NCBI GenBank assembly: GCA_018005585.1
Contig: JAGMZX010000010.1
Span: 830 to 64,829, forward strand
DNA: 64,000 nucleotides
Direction of reading: 5' to 3'
Source: Candidatus Hydrogenedentota bacterium
Lineage (GTDB): Bacteria > Hydrogenedentota > Hydrogenedentia > Hydrogenedentales > JAGMZX01
A program made the translations under genes and the position numbers. Shown here piece after piece: positions 1 to 9,152 of the stretch. Below the pieces are notes generated by a model. That model worked only from the letters and a program-made list of their open reading frames with translations, was not told the origin of the DNA and ran no database searches. The stretch's first letter is position 1. Every line of letters starts with the position of its first letter.

Positions 1-84
1 GGCGCATCGCAGGAGTTTCGCGCCGTTAAACAACGCCGCCGCAACCGCGGCGCTGGCGGGCATGGGCGACGAGGTGCAGCGTAG

Positions 85-1800
85 ATGAAATTGATCCTTC
101 CGATTACCCTGCTCCATCTGAGCGTGACGGTCGGCTGTTGTTCGTTGACCGGGCTGCATACGAATGAAACCGCTTTCCAGTCCGCGCCGCTCAAACCGAA
201 CGACCAGGCGCGGGCCTACGCGCATTACCTCACCGCGCTGTACGAAGAACGCCGGGGCAACGCAGACGAAGCGCTGGAAGAGATGAGCCAGGCGGCAATG
301 CTCGATCCGGAAGCGCCCGCGCCAACGCTGCGCCTTATCCGCGCGTATCTGCAGCGCCAGGATTACCAGAATGCGCTGAAATTCACGGAACACATGTCGC
401 GGCTGACGCCGGACAACGCCAAGCTGTGGATCCTGCTCGGAGAGATCTATCATCAATTGCACCAGGACAACGACGCCGCGGGCGCGTTCTCGAAGGCCAT
501 CGAACTCGACCCGGAGAACGTGCAGAACTACGGTGCCCTCGCCAAGCTTCTCGAAGACATGAATGACCTTGTGGCGACCGTCGAGATTTACGAACGCTTG
601 GTCACACTGGACCCGGATTCGGTGCTATTCCACTTCGAATTAGGCGTCAACCTCGCCCGGATGAACGATTTGCCAGCGGCGCGCGCAGCGCTGGAGCGGG
701 CGGTCGAGGTCAAACCCGATTTTGTCCGTGCGCGGCTCGTGCTGGCCTTGGTCTGCCTCGATGAAAACCGCCTGGACGAAGCGGTCGCGCACCTGCGCCG
801 CTACCTGATCCGCCGCCCGGGAGACCCGGACGCGCTGGAGCAGTTGGCGTACGGCTTGACGAGGCTGGGCAAGTATGAAGAAGCAATTGAAATACTCCGG
901 GGTATTGTTGAGGGCGCCGGCGCGGAGGCGGAGCATCACCTCGCGCTGATGTACGTGTTGCTGCGTTCCGGTCAGCCGCGCGAAGCCGAACGGTACATGC
1001 CGGCCGAGGATGCGCCGTTCCTGACGTCGTTTCTGCGCGCGGTCGCCCGGCGCGATCGCGGCGAACCGGTGATTCCGCTGCTGGAAACGCTGGACCAGAT
1101 CGAAGGCAGCCTCGATGGCGACTGTGATTTGTATCTGGCCGAGTTGCTGCGTCATCTCGGCCGGGAAGAGTGCGCCGCTTATCTCCTGCAGGTCTTGGAC
1201 GATTTCAGCGCCACGGGTGTGCGCTCGCGCACGCTCCTGGCGCTGCGCGCGCGTATCCTGATGGTCCTGGAACGCTATGCGGAGGCCCAGGACATACTGA
1301 GCGGCGTGCTCAATGAATTCGGCGCGGACAAGGACCTGCATTACTCGCTTGCCGTCACCTGCGAAGAACTCGACGACTTTGACGGCACGGAGCGGCATCT
1401 CAAGGCTTATCTCGAAAGCGCGCCCAATGATGCCGAGGTCCTTAACTTCCTCGGATACCTGTATGCCGAACATGGGGTGAAGATTAACGAAGCCGAGACC
1501 TTGGTCCGGCGCGCTCTCGAACAGGAACCCGAAAGCCCCTATTACCTGGACAGCCTGGGATGGGTTTTCTACCGGCAGGGCAAGGCACAAGAAGCCGTCG
1601 AGCATATTCAACGCGCCATCGCCTTCATGGAGGGCGACGACGCCATACTGCGCGACCATCTCGGCGACGCCTATTTGCTCAATGGAGACGTGGACCGCGC
1701 GGTTACGGAATGGCGCAAGGCACGGCGGCTGGACCCCGAACTCGCGGGGGTACAGGAGAAGTTGGACCAATACGGGGGCCAGACCCCTCCCGGGAATTGA
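85..1800 (+). CDS. TPR-repeat protein with N-terminal signal/lipoprotein-like leader
   Basis: 571 aa ORF. The N-terminus is hydrophobic (MKLILPITLLHLSVTVGCC). The body shows repeated 34-residue TPR-like A/L/Y-rich helices (..AYAHYLTALYEERG.., ..ALKFTEHMSRL.., ..YLDSLGWVFYRQGKAQEAVEHIQRAI..). It is the first gene of a secreted-enzyme locus. Confidence 0.7.
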   Translation: MKLILPITLLHLSVTVGCCSLTGLHTNETAFQSAPLKPNDQARAYAHYLTALYEERRGNADEALEEMSQAAMLDPEAPAPTLRLIRAYLQRQDYQNALKFTEHMSRLTPDNAKLWILLGEIYHQLHQDNDAAGAFSKAIELDPENVQNYGALAKLLEDMNDLVATVEIYERLVTLDPDSVLFHFELGVNLARMNDLPAARAALERAVEVKPDFVRARLVLALVCLDENRLDEAVAHLRRYLIRRPGDPDALEQLAYGLTRLGKYEEAIEILRGIVEGAGAEAEHHLALMYVLLRSGQPREAERYMPAEDAPFLTSFLRAVARRDRGEPVIPLLETLDQIEGSLDGDCDLYLAELLRHLGREECAAYLLQVLDDFSATGVRSRTLLALRARILMVLERYAEAQDILSGVLNEFGADKDLHYSLAVTCEELDDFDGTERHLKAYLESAPNDAEVLNFLGYLYAEHGVKINEAETLVRRALEQEPESPYYLDSLGWVFYRQGKAQEAVEHIQRAIAFMEGDDAILRDHLGDAYLLNGDVDRAVTEWRKARRLDPELAGVQEKLDQYGGQTPPGN

Positions 1801-1907
1801 GGCACTTGCGCGCCGTCCCCGGACCGCACGGGCGGTAGCAGCGCTTCCGGCATGGCCGCGACTGCCGCACATGAATGCGAAGATTACTCGTGTAAAGGAA
1901 GGGGCGT

Positions 1908-4148
1908 ATGAAGACGTGGGTGGACCTGCTCTTCTCTTGCGCGGTGGCGGTCTTGTTGTGCGCCTGCGCACGGACAGCGCTTGCCCAGGCGCCGGAAACG
2001 CCCGAGCCGCCCGCGGAATTCACCCGCTTCGAGTTCGCCGGACACGAAGAGCAAGCCGAATTATTGAGCCGGTTTCTGTGGTATCACTTCTATCACCGGC
2101 TCGGCAATGGTCCCACCCTGTTCAACAAGGAATACCTGCTTGTCGCAGACGCATGGCTGGACGGAGCGATACCGCGGGGCACGGACCAGACGATCCAGGC
2201 AACACATCGCGGCCACCTGCTCGCAATCGAGATGGACGCCGACGGCTACGTGGACACGCACCAGCACTTCTCCCATGCGCATGACCGAGGCTGGCCTTTT
2301 CCCATGTGGACGTTGAGCGGAAACGGGCCGGAAGGGGTGCGAGGGCTCACGTTCGGCTGGCATTTTCAGCCCCTCGAACGGGTGCCCGGCTGGGTGGGCG
2401 ACACGCTGCGGCACTGGCAGGACGCGACCTACTGCGGCGACAACGCCGTAAGAGCGTGGGAGCTGCACGAACTCCAGTCCGAGGGCATCGTGGACAACAC
2501 GTGGCGGCTCGTATCGGCAGGACCCGCCGCTACGCTCACGTCCCCGGCCGGATTCCCCCTCGACGCGTTTAATGCGCCTTTCCTGCAATTGCGCTGGAGC
2601 CGTTCGGGCACGCCGCCCTTCCTCGCGACGCCGTACATCGAGTGGTTGCGCGATGGGGACACCTCGTTCGGCGAAGACCGCCGCGTGTATTTCTACCCGG
2701 AACGCACGCCCTTGTCCGGCGAAGGGCGTTTCCACTCGATTCTCGCCATGCACGAGCATCCGTTGTGGGACGGGAGGATCTCCCGCGTGCGGATTGCGCC
2801 CGCGCCGGGCGAGACCGGCGTCACGCTTGATATCGATTCCTTCTTTACCGCGTATGACACGCGCCACACGATCAACAATCCGATATTTGTCATCGCCAGC
2901 GCCTGTTATTTCGGGTGGACGGGCGATCTCGACTTTCTACGGCGCAACGTCGGGCGGATGCGCACCGCGCTCCGGTATCAGCAAACCGTCATGGGCGGCA
3001 TCGAGCATAGCCTCATCCGCAATCCTTGGCCCGGACACGACGGGCTGCCCGGTTGGACCAAGGACGCGGAGGGCAAGCTCACGCTGCATCCCGGGCACGG
3101 CATCGGCAACAACTACTGGGACATCCTCCCCTTCGGCGGCGAAGACTTCTACGCCACATACCAGTATTACGCCGCGACGTTGCGCCTGGCGGAACTTGAG
3201 GAGGCCATCCGCAACAATCCGGGCTGGGGCATCCCTGCCGGCGCGGACGCGATGGACCCCGCGTTCCTGCGGCAACACGCCGCCGAAGTGAGAGCGAAGG
3301 CAAACGCGGTGTTCTGGAATCCCGGCACGAACCGGTTCGCCGCATGCGTGGATGCCGAGGGGAACCGTTACGACTTCGGGTTCACATTCCTGAACCTCGA
3401 CGCCATCTGGTATGACCTCGCCACCGAAGAGCACGCCGCCGCGATCATGGACTGGCTCAGCGGACGCCGCGTTGTCCCGGGCGACACCAGCACCGGCGAC
3501 GACATCTACCACTGGCGCTTTGGCCCCCGCGCCACAACGCGGCGCAATCTCGAATGGTACGGACAAGGCTGGACAGCCCCTGAGTCTATCCCGTGGGGCG
3601 GCCAGGTTCAGGACGGCGGCGCCGTACTCGGGTTTACGTTTTACGACCTCTGGGCGCGCCTGCGCGTTCTAGGGCCCGACGACGCTTGGCAGCGCCTCGC
3701 CGCGATTCTCGCCTGGGAGAAGGAGGTCCGGGCAGCGGGCGGTTATCGCGCTTTCTACGCGGACGGGAAGCAAGGCGCCACACTCCAAGGCGGCGGCACT
3801 GCGGGCGGCATCGGCGTCGATTGCGAGTTCTACGAGAGCAGCCTGCTGCCCGCCATCATCGTCTATGGTTTCGCAGGACTGCGACCCGGACCGGATGCCC
3901 TGGAAGTCCGGCCCCGGATGCCGCAGGCCTTGCCTGAATTGACCGTGCGGCGTCTTCGTTATCGAGGCGTGCCGATGGACCTGACCGTGCGTCCCGGAAG
4001 CGTGACGATAACGGTCCACGAGCGCCCCGTTGTCCCGCTGCGGATACGCTTCCTTGAATCCTGCCGTTTGGACCGTACCGGCAAGACAGGTACGGCATTT
4101 GTGCTTGACGATCCCGGTTTATGGCTGTTTTCATTTATTAACAATTAA
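1908..4148 (+). CDS. secreted hypothetical protein, possible (alpha/alpha)6-barrel glycoside-hydrolase-like
   Basis: 746 aa. RBS AAGGAAGGGG precedes the ATG. The signal peptide reads MKTWVDLLFSCAVAVLLCACARTALAQA. The protein is Trp/Tyr/Gly-rich like carbohydrate-active enzymes. The family assignment is not certain from sequence alone. Confidence 0.55.
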   Translation: MKTWVDLLFSCAVAVLLCACARTALAQAPETPEPPAEFTRFEFAGHEEQAELLSRFLWYHFYHRLGNGPTLFNKEYLLVADAWLDGAIPRGTDQTIQATHRGHLLAIEMDADGYVDTHQHFSHAHDRGWPFPMWTLSGNGPEGVRGLTFGWHFQPLERVPGWVGDTLRHWQDATYCGDNAVRAWELHELQSEGIVDNTWRLVSAGPAATLTSPAGFPLDAFNAPFLQLRWSRSGTPPFLATPYIEWLRDGDTSFGEDRRVYFYPERTPLSGEGRFHSILAMHEHPLWDGRISRVRIAPAPGETGVTLDIDSFFTAYDTRHTINNPIFVIASACYFGWTGDLDFLRRNVGRMRTALRYQQTVMGGIEHSLIRNPWPGHDGLPGWTKDAEGKLTLHPGHGIGNNYWDILPFGGEDFYATYQYYAATLRLAELEEAIRNNPGWGIPAGADAMDPAFLRQHAAEVRAKANAVFWNPGTNRFAACVDAEGNRYDFGFTFLNLDAIWYDLATEEHAAAIMDWLSGRRVVPGDTSTGDDIYHWRFGPRATTRRNLEWYGQGWTAPESIPWGGQVQDGGAVLGFTFYDLWARLRVLGPDDAWQRLAAILAWEKEVRAAGGYRAFYADGKQGATLQGGGTAGGIGVDCEFYESSLLPAIIVYGFAGLRPGPDALEVRPRMPQALPELTVRRLRYRGVPMDLTVRPGSVTITVHERPVVPLRIRFLESCRLDRTGKTGTAFVLDDPGLWLFSFINN

Positions 4149-4184
4149 ATTCATTTATTTACGCCCAATCAGTTGAGGTCCAAG

Positions 4185-6953
4185 ATGTACGGTGTCGCCT
4201 TGAAATCTCCCCTGTTCAACAATATTAAGAAACAAATACCGACAATAAAAGGAACAAATGGCATAAAACACGTGCGCCTTGAAGGGCTCGGACTGTTGAC
4301 CGCTGTCTTGCTGGTGGGCACTGCTGCCGCCACGCCCATCACGGAAGATGTCCAGGTCGAAGGCCATTATCTGCGGCTGGGCATCCCGCCCGCGGGCGGC
4401 GTTCTGAAAGACTTTGGCCTGCTGGCGAACCCTGTTAACCATGCGGGGCCAAATGGTCTGCTGCTGGAGGGTTTTGGGGTCGGCAGTTACTACGTGCCGA
4501 ACCGCCGCCTGAATGAAAAGACGGAATTGCTCACCCAGCCGGACGGCGTCCCCGCGATCCTGTTCGCTTACGACTGTGACGGTCCGAACATCCGGGGCCT
4601 GCATGTCGAGCGCCTGATCGAAGCGTTCCCGAACGAGACGTCCTTGCGCATTACATGGACGATTGAAAACCGCGGCGCCGAGCAGCAATGGGTGGCGCCG
4701 TGGGTACGCAACGACACGGCCGTCGGAGGAACGGTATCGAAGACGGACCTGCTCATTGCGCCGACGCTGGAGGGCGTTCGGCGCATCGAGCGCGTGGGGT
4801 ATTTCCCCATGGCGCGGAACTGGGTGTCCGTGACGGACCCCGCGACGAAAGAAACGCTCTACGCGGTTTTCGACGCGGACCACCTGCACTCGGTCCTCGG
4901 CGTCTGGGGCCCGGACCAGAACCTGTGCGGTTTCCAGGCCGCGTTTGTGCCGCGTCTGCTCAAGCCGGGCGAGACCTGGACCACCAAGTGCCGGCTGAAC
5001 TTCGTCCGGGGACTCGACCACGTTGATTTCGCCACGGACGAGTTCGCCGCGCAGGTCGACTACGCTTCGGGCAAGCTGGTGATGCTCTTGGCCGCCGTCA
5101 AGACGCTGGACCAGACGGAAATCCACGCGCGGCTCGTGGCCGCGAACGGGCGGGTCTGGAAACCGGCTACGAAGCGGTTCAGTGCCAGCCCCGACCGTGT
5201 CATTCGCTGCACCTACTCGTGGACCGCGCCCGCGGATGGCGCCTATGAATTGCTGGCGCAGTTGCGCCGCGGTGACGAGCCTGTGATGCTCGGGCAGGAT
5301 ACAGCATCGCCTCATGGGGGGATTGACACGCAATTCGCAGCAGGGCCTCGCCGTCCCGTTGCGTTCGAGGCGTGGACCGACGCCCCGTACGCGCTGGAGC
5401 GGGGCGCGCGCACGCTCGACCGCACGCTTGCCGCAGACGGCGCGGTGGCGGCGTGGTTCGAGCCGTCGCTGGAAAAGGTCTTCCGTGACGATGTGCCGCG
5501 GCCGCAAGGCAAGATCGACCCGACCGCGCGGCTGAGCCTCGCGCGCAACGAATACGAATCGTTTCAGATAGTCTTTCGCCCCGCGGAAGGCCGCGACCTG
5601 TTCGACGTATCCATTCACTTTCAGGACCTGGTCAAGGAGGACGGCGGCGCAAGAATCCCGGCGGAGTGTCTGACGGCCTCGCTCGTCGGTTATGTACCGG
5701 TGCGGGTCCCCTCCAACTTCGAGGGGCCCACTGGCGAATGGCCCGACCCGTTGCCGCGACTACCGGAGCGCTTCCCTGCGCCCGGGGGCCGGTGCACGCC
5801 CGTGTGGGTCACCTTGTATGCGTCCCCTGATACGCCGCCGGGCACGTACCGCAGCATGTTTGAAGTGCAGAACGCCGGGCCGGAACCGCTGGAGTTTGGC
5901 CTCGAGGTACGCGTGTACGACTTCACGCTGCCGCTTTCGGCGCGGCTCAAGACGGATTTCGGGATCAGCCTGGACAAGCTGGACAGGGGCGGCGGGGATG
6001 CGCTCAGACGCGCGTATCTCGAGAACGCATTGGAGCATCGCGTCACGCTGCGCGAGTTGACCCAGTTGCCGGAGCCTTCGCCGAATTTTCCGGCGGGGTT
6101 GCAGGCATATCAGACGCGGTTGCAGTCGCTGCGCCAGCACGGCGCCACAACGTTCTGCGTGCCCGCGTCCCTGGCCAACGCGCCGGACCAGCTGGGGCAA
6201 GCCAATGCCTTCGTCGCGCGCAACAACCTGCGCGGCGGCGCCTTCGTCCACCTCGCGCAGCAGCCGTCAAACGCGGACTGGCCCGCGCTGCTTCAGTCCA
6301 TGGAGCGATGGAAGGCAAACGCGCCCGATATCCCGGTCATGGTGACCACGCATGGTATCGACCCGTTCCTGCCGGAAACGCTCGACCGCTGGGCTGTACA
6401 TCTGCCCGTCATCGACACGGTGAACAGCGGGCTGATCGTGAAACGAATCCTCGACGGCGGCGAAGTCTGGACGTACGTGAACCACGCGCCGCCCCGGCCC
6501 TACGGCAATTTCTTCGTCGATTTCGCGGGCATCGAGCATCGCATCCTGTTCTGGCAGTGCGCCGTGCTCGGCATTCGCGGGATGCACTACTGGAACGTCA
6601 ATTACACCGAGCCCGGTCAGGACCCGTGGAAATCGCTGCTCGACGCCACGCCCGTGAACGGCGACGGATTCCTCGTCTATCCCGGCGCGGATGGACCGGT
6701 CAACTCGATACGCTGGGAGATCATCCGCGACGGCATCGAGGACTACGACTACCTGATGTTGTTCCAGGACCTTCGCAAGCGTCTTGAAAAAACGGGCGGG
6801 CATGCGGCGCTGCTTCAGCGCGCGGCGCAAGTCTACAACTTCGACGAACTCGTGCCTAGTCTCGTAGGGTTCTCCCGCGATCCGCAGGTGCTCCTGCGGA
6901 AACGCGCGCTCGTCGCCGAACTCATTGAAGAAATGCGCAGGGCGCTGCAATAA
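4185..6953 (+). CDS. secreted hypothetical protein, DUF4091/GH-like C-terminal region
   Basis: The long ORF begins at TTG 4173 in the track. An ATG at 4185 has a GAGG RBS. A GTG at 4272 would give a cleaner signal peptide (VRLEGLGLLTAVLLVGTAAA). The C-terminal region (WQCAVLGIRGMHYWNVNY..) resembles DUF4091-type glycosidase-associated domains. An AT-rich stretch at 4150-4270 precedes it. Confidence 0.5.
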   Translation: MYGVALKSPLFNNIKKQIPTIKGTNGIKHVRLEGLGLLTAVLLVGTAAATPITEDVQVEGHYLRLGIPPAGGVLKDFGLLANPVNHAGPNGLLLEGFGVGSYYVPNRRLNEKTELLTQPDGVPAILFAYDCDGPNIRGLHVERLIEAFPNETSLRITWTIENRGAEQQWVAPWVRNDTAVGGTVSKTDLLIAPTLEGVRRIERVGYFPMARNWVSVTDPATKETLYAVFDADHLHSVLGVWGPDQNLCGFQAAFVPRLLKPGETWTTKCRLNFVRGLDHVDFATDEFAAQVDYASGKLVMLLAAVKTLDQTEIHARLVAANGRVWKPATKRFSASPDRVIRCTYSWTAPADGAYELLAQLRRGDEPVMLGQDTASPHGGIDTQFAAGPRRPVAFEAWTDAPYALERGARTLDRTLAADGAVAAWFEPSLEKVFRDDVPRPQGKIDPTARLSLARNEYESFQIVFRPAEGRDLFDVSIHFQDLVKEDGGARIPAECLTASLVGYVPVRVPSNFEGPTGEWPDPLPRLPERFPAPGGRCTPVWVTLYASPDTPPGTYRSMFEVQNAGPEPLEFGLEVRVYDFTLPLSARLKTDFGISLDKLDRGGGDALRRAYLENALEHRVTLRELTQLPEPSPNFPAGLQAYQTRLQSLRQHGATTFCVPASLANAPDQLGQANAFVARNNLRGGAFVHLAQQPSNADWPALLQSMERWKANAPDIPVMVTTHGIDPFLPETLDRWAVHLPVIDTVNSGLIVKRILDGGEVWTYVNHAPPRPYGNFFVDFAGIEHRILFWQCAVLGIRGMHYWNVNYTEPGQDPWKSLLDATPVNGDGFLVYPGADGPVNSIRWEIIRDGIEDYDYLMLFQDLRKRLEKTGGHAALLQRAAQVYNFDELVPSLVGFSRDPQVLLRKRALVAELIEEMRRALQ

Positions 6954-6983
6954 CATTGCTGCAATGGGCAGAAGACACTTGAA

Positions 6984-7382
6984 TCAGATATCTATTATTG
7001 TTGCGCGCGCAAGCACGGTTCGCACAAGCACACTCGCTTGCCCGGTCCAGGGAATCACGTGCTCCTTTGTAAATGCGCTGAAGTCGGCATAGTCGCCCTG
7101 GTGCCTCCGTTCAAACAAGTCGTTGAATATCGCCGCAACGTCTTTGGAAATGACACCCGGCATCACGAAATGTTGATTGAAAAGAGACCGTACCCCTGTG
7201 TGCCTCGGGGAACTGAGTCCTTTGCGTATCAACACCGCGGAAACCGCGTAGAAACAAGCGTAATAGAGCCTGTTCACGCAAGCGCGGAATCCCCCTGCTT
7301 CCGCCAAGACGCGAGCATCCCGGATTGCCTCCTCCGCGCAGGCAGCCCGATACGCGATGAGCGCATCCAAGGCTTCCGTCAC
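6984..7382 (-). CDS. HEPN domain protein (toxin of HEPN/MNT pair)
   Basis: It carries HEPN-like segments (RLYYACFYAVSAVLIRKGLSSPRHTGVRSLFNQHF and C-terminal ERRHQGDYADF). The track ORF extends to 7496, but that extension is the alternate frame of the upstream MNT gene. An in-frame GTG at 7382 overlaps the MNT stop, the typical coupled TA arrangement. Confidence 0.7.
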   Translation of the reverse strand: MTEALDALIAYRAACAEEAIRDARVLAEAGGFRACVNRLYYACFYAVSAVLIRKGLSSPRHTGVRSLFNQHFVMPGVISKDVAAIFNDLFERRHQGDYADFSAFTKEHVIPWTGQASVLVRTVLARATIIDI

Positions 7383-7735
7383 AGCACCGCGCCTTCCCGT
7401 TGCACGCTCTGGTAGAAGGGGGTAACGCGAAAGCGGGGCGCGTTCCAATCCGCTGTGCTCATCACGACCGATGAGAGCACAGAACCTGTCTCCCATTCGA
7501 TCTCGTAGAGGGCATGCCGGACCAGATCGGTCCTTGAGTCATCCACCGCGCCCTCCAGCAACACGAGAATATCCCAATCGGAGTCTTCCGCCGCCGCCTC
7601 GCGGACCCGAGAGCCATAGAGGATCACCTGCGCCGCCGGTTCAAGGGCCAGCACGACTTCCTTAACCCGCCTCAAGAGCTGCGTCTGCGCATCCGTCAAG
7701 ACTAGATACTCCCGTAGAGTTGCATCTTGCCGCAA
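7379..7735 (-). CDS. minimal nucleotidyltransferase (MNT) domain protein, antitoxin partner of HEPN
   Basis: It carries the Pol-beta nucleotidyltransferase signature GSRVRE..DSDWDILVL. It lies immediately upstream of and overlaps the HEPN gene. The exact start is uncertain (TTG at 7735 in the track). Confidence 0.75.
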   Translation of the reverse strand: MRQDATLREYLVLTDAQTQLLRRVKEVVLALEPAAQVILYGSRVREAAAEDSDWDILVLLEGAVDDSRTDLVRHALYEIEWETGSVLSSVVMSTADWNAPRFRVTPFYQSVQREGAVL

Positions 7736-7817
7736 AGTCTCGTGTATTCAGTATACCTGTTTCCCTGCGCGGTTTTCGCGCGATTCCGGGGCGACCTGCC
7801 ATCCCGCCATGCGTTCG

Positions 7818-8672
7818 TCATGCCAGCAGTTTCGAGATACGGCCCTGCACTTCGTCCGTGAAACGCTGGACGTATTGCTGGAGGAACGCGCCGGGATGCT
7901 GGTCCGCATGGGTTGTAATCAAGGGCGTCAGGTCCATGGCGAAGTTCAGGCCCGCCGCCTCGTCAACGCCGTGAGAGGCATAGTACGTGGCGTGGGCCTT
8001 GCGCCGGCCCATCGTTGCGAGGTCGTAGCGTTTGCCGCCGCAGATTTGCGAATCGAACACGCCCAGCAACGCCGCTTGCAGGTTTTCGTGCGCGGACACG
8101 TCCAGCGGCACCTTGTCCGCATCGCAGAGCCAGTCCAGGTCGCGCCAGACCTCGCAGCCCAAGAGCTTGGACGGCCGATCGGCTGGCGCGAGCGCGCGGA
8201 TCGCCTCGATGAGACGCAGCGTAACCGCGACATGCGTGTCGTGCTTGTCCGCGAGGTTGTGCGTAAAAACGACGCCGGGGCGCGCATGGCGGATCAGTTC
8301 CGTCATGTCTTCGACCGGGCCCTTGTTCGCCGGGTCCTTCAGCGCGCTGCTGGGGTGGTCGAGCAAGACCTGCGCCGCGTACTCCCCGACGACCGCGGCC
8401 TTCTTCTGCTCCTGCATGCGCACGGCGCGCATGTCCGCGTCCGTATAGTCCTTGTACAGGTCGTCACGCGGCGAGCCACTGCCGTTGGTAACCACGACGC
8501 CTGTGTACCACAAGTCGTTCTGCTGAAAACACTCGAGAATCCCCGAGAAAGACATGATCTCGAGGTCGTCCTGATGTGCGCCAAACGCCATGTGCGTCGT
8601 GCGCACCAGCGCCGTGTCCGCGGGCAAACCATCGGGCACGAAAATCTCGGCTGAGTCAAGATGCAGCTTCAT
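7818..8672 (-). CDS. PIG-L/LmbE family N-acetylglucosaminyl deacetylase
   Basis: The zinc-binding motif HMAFGAHQDDLEI (AHPDDE-type) is near the N-terminus. The start is set at MKLHLD, preceded by AAGGAG. The track ORF extends further upstream without support. Confidence 0.8.
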   Translation of the reverse strand: MKLHLDSAEIFVPDGLPADTALVRTTHMAFGAHQDDLEIMSFSGILECFQQNDLWYTGVVVTNGSGSPRDDLYKDYTDADMRAVRMQEQKKAAVVGEYAAQVLLDHPSSALKDPANKGPVEDMTELIRHARPGVVFTHNLADKHDTHVAVTLRLIEAIRALAPADRPSKLLGCEVWRDLDWLCDADKVPLDVSAHENLQAALLGVFDSQICGGKRYDLATMGRRKAHATYYASHGVDEAAGLNFAMDLTPLITTHADQHPGAFLQQYVQRFTDEVQGRISKLLA

Positions 8673-8784
8673 CCGCGTCTCCTTCTGTCGTCCAGTACGG
8701 CGAAGTTTCTTTATAGCATGCGTGCGCATTGCGTTGAAAGCATTTGGCCGGTCGTGTACCTTGGACCGCAACAGGAGCGAGCGG

Positions 8785-9003
8785 ATGTTCTTCATCGTAG
8801 GCGTTGACGACAAGACGGAAAAGAAGGAGCGCGGCCGGTTCCACTGCCCCATTTGCGGCAGCGAGCAGAATTACACACGGCGCGTGGTCCAGCGGGCCTT
8901 CACGTTCTTCTTCATCCCCGTGTTCAACCTCGGCAAGAAGGGCGAATTCATCGAGTGCGACCGCTGCAAGTCGCGCCTGAACCCCGGCGCGCTCAAGCCT
9001 TGA
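8785..9003 (+). CDS. small zinc-ribbon protein
   Basis: 72 aa with two CxxC pairs (CPICG ... CDRCK). An AGGAG RBS lies 7 nt upstream of the ATG at 8785. The track ORF starts earlier at 8590 without RBS support. Confidence 0.55.
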   Translation: MFFIVGVDDKTEKKERGRFHCPICGSEQNYTRRVVQRAFTFFFIPVFNLGKKGEFIECDRCKSRLNPGALKP

Positions 9004-9152
9004 TGCGCCTCGCCCAAGCCGGTGCGCAGGTTGCCGGGCCACGGGACGAAAGGAACCGGAAGAATGGTGGTCACCCTCGAAATTGAGGAAGAAGGCCGAG
9101 TTGCGGGTCGTTCTATGGCGTGCTGAGAATCCGAACGAGTGAGGACACACCT

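Noticed and set aside
640-1971. Long antisense or alternate-frame ORFs throughout the track. Examples are 640-1971(-), 4155-5618(-), 9318-10400(-), 12521-13788(+), 23648-25684(+), 30569-32995(-), 43374-45446(-), 45413-46990(-), 47776-48963(-), 55575-59291(-) and many shorter ones.
   Set aside because: Each lies opposite to, or out of frame with, a gene that has clear family signatures. The translations are Arg/Pro/Ala-rich low-complexity, typical of spurious ORFs in high-GC DNA.
7375-7500. Apparent 1-nt register discrepancy between my manual position count and ORF-track coordinates around 7381-7497 and 25093
   Set aside because: It is most likely my own counting error while reading the 60-nt lines. 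The ORF-track coordinates were used as authoritative.
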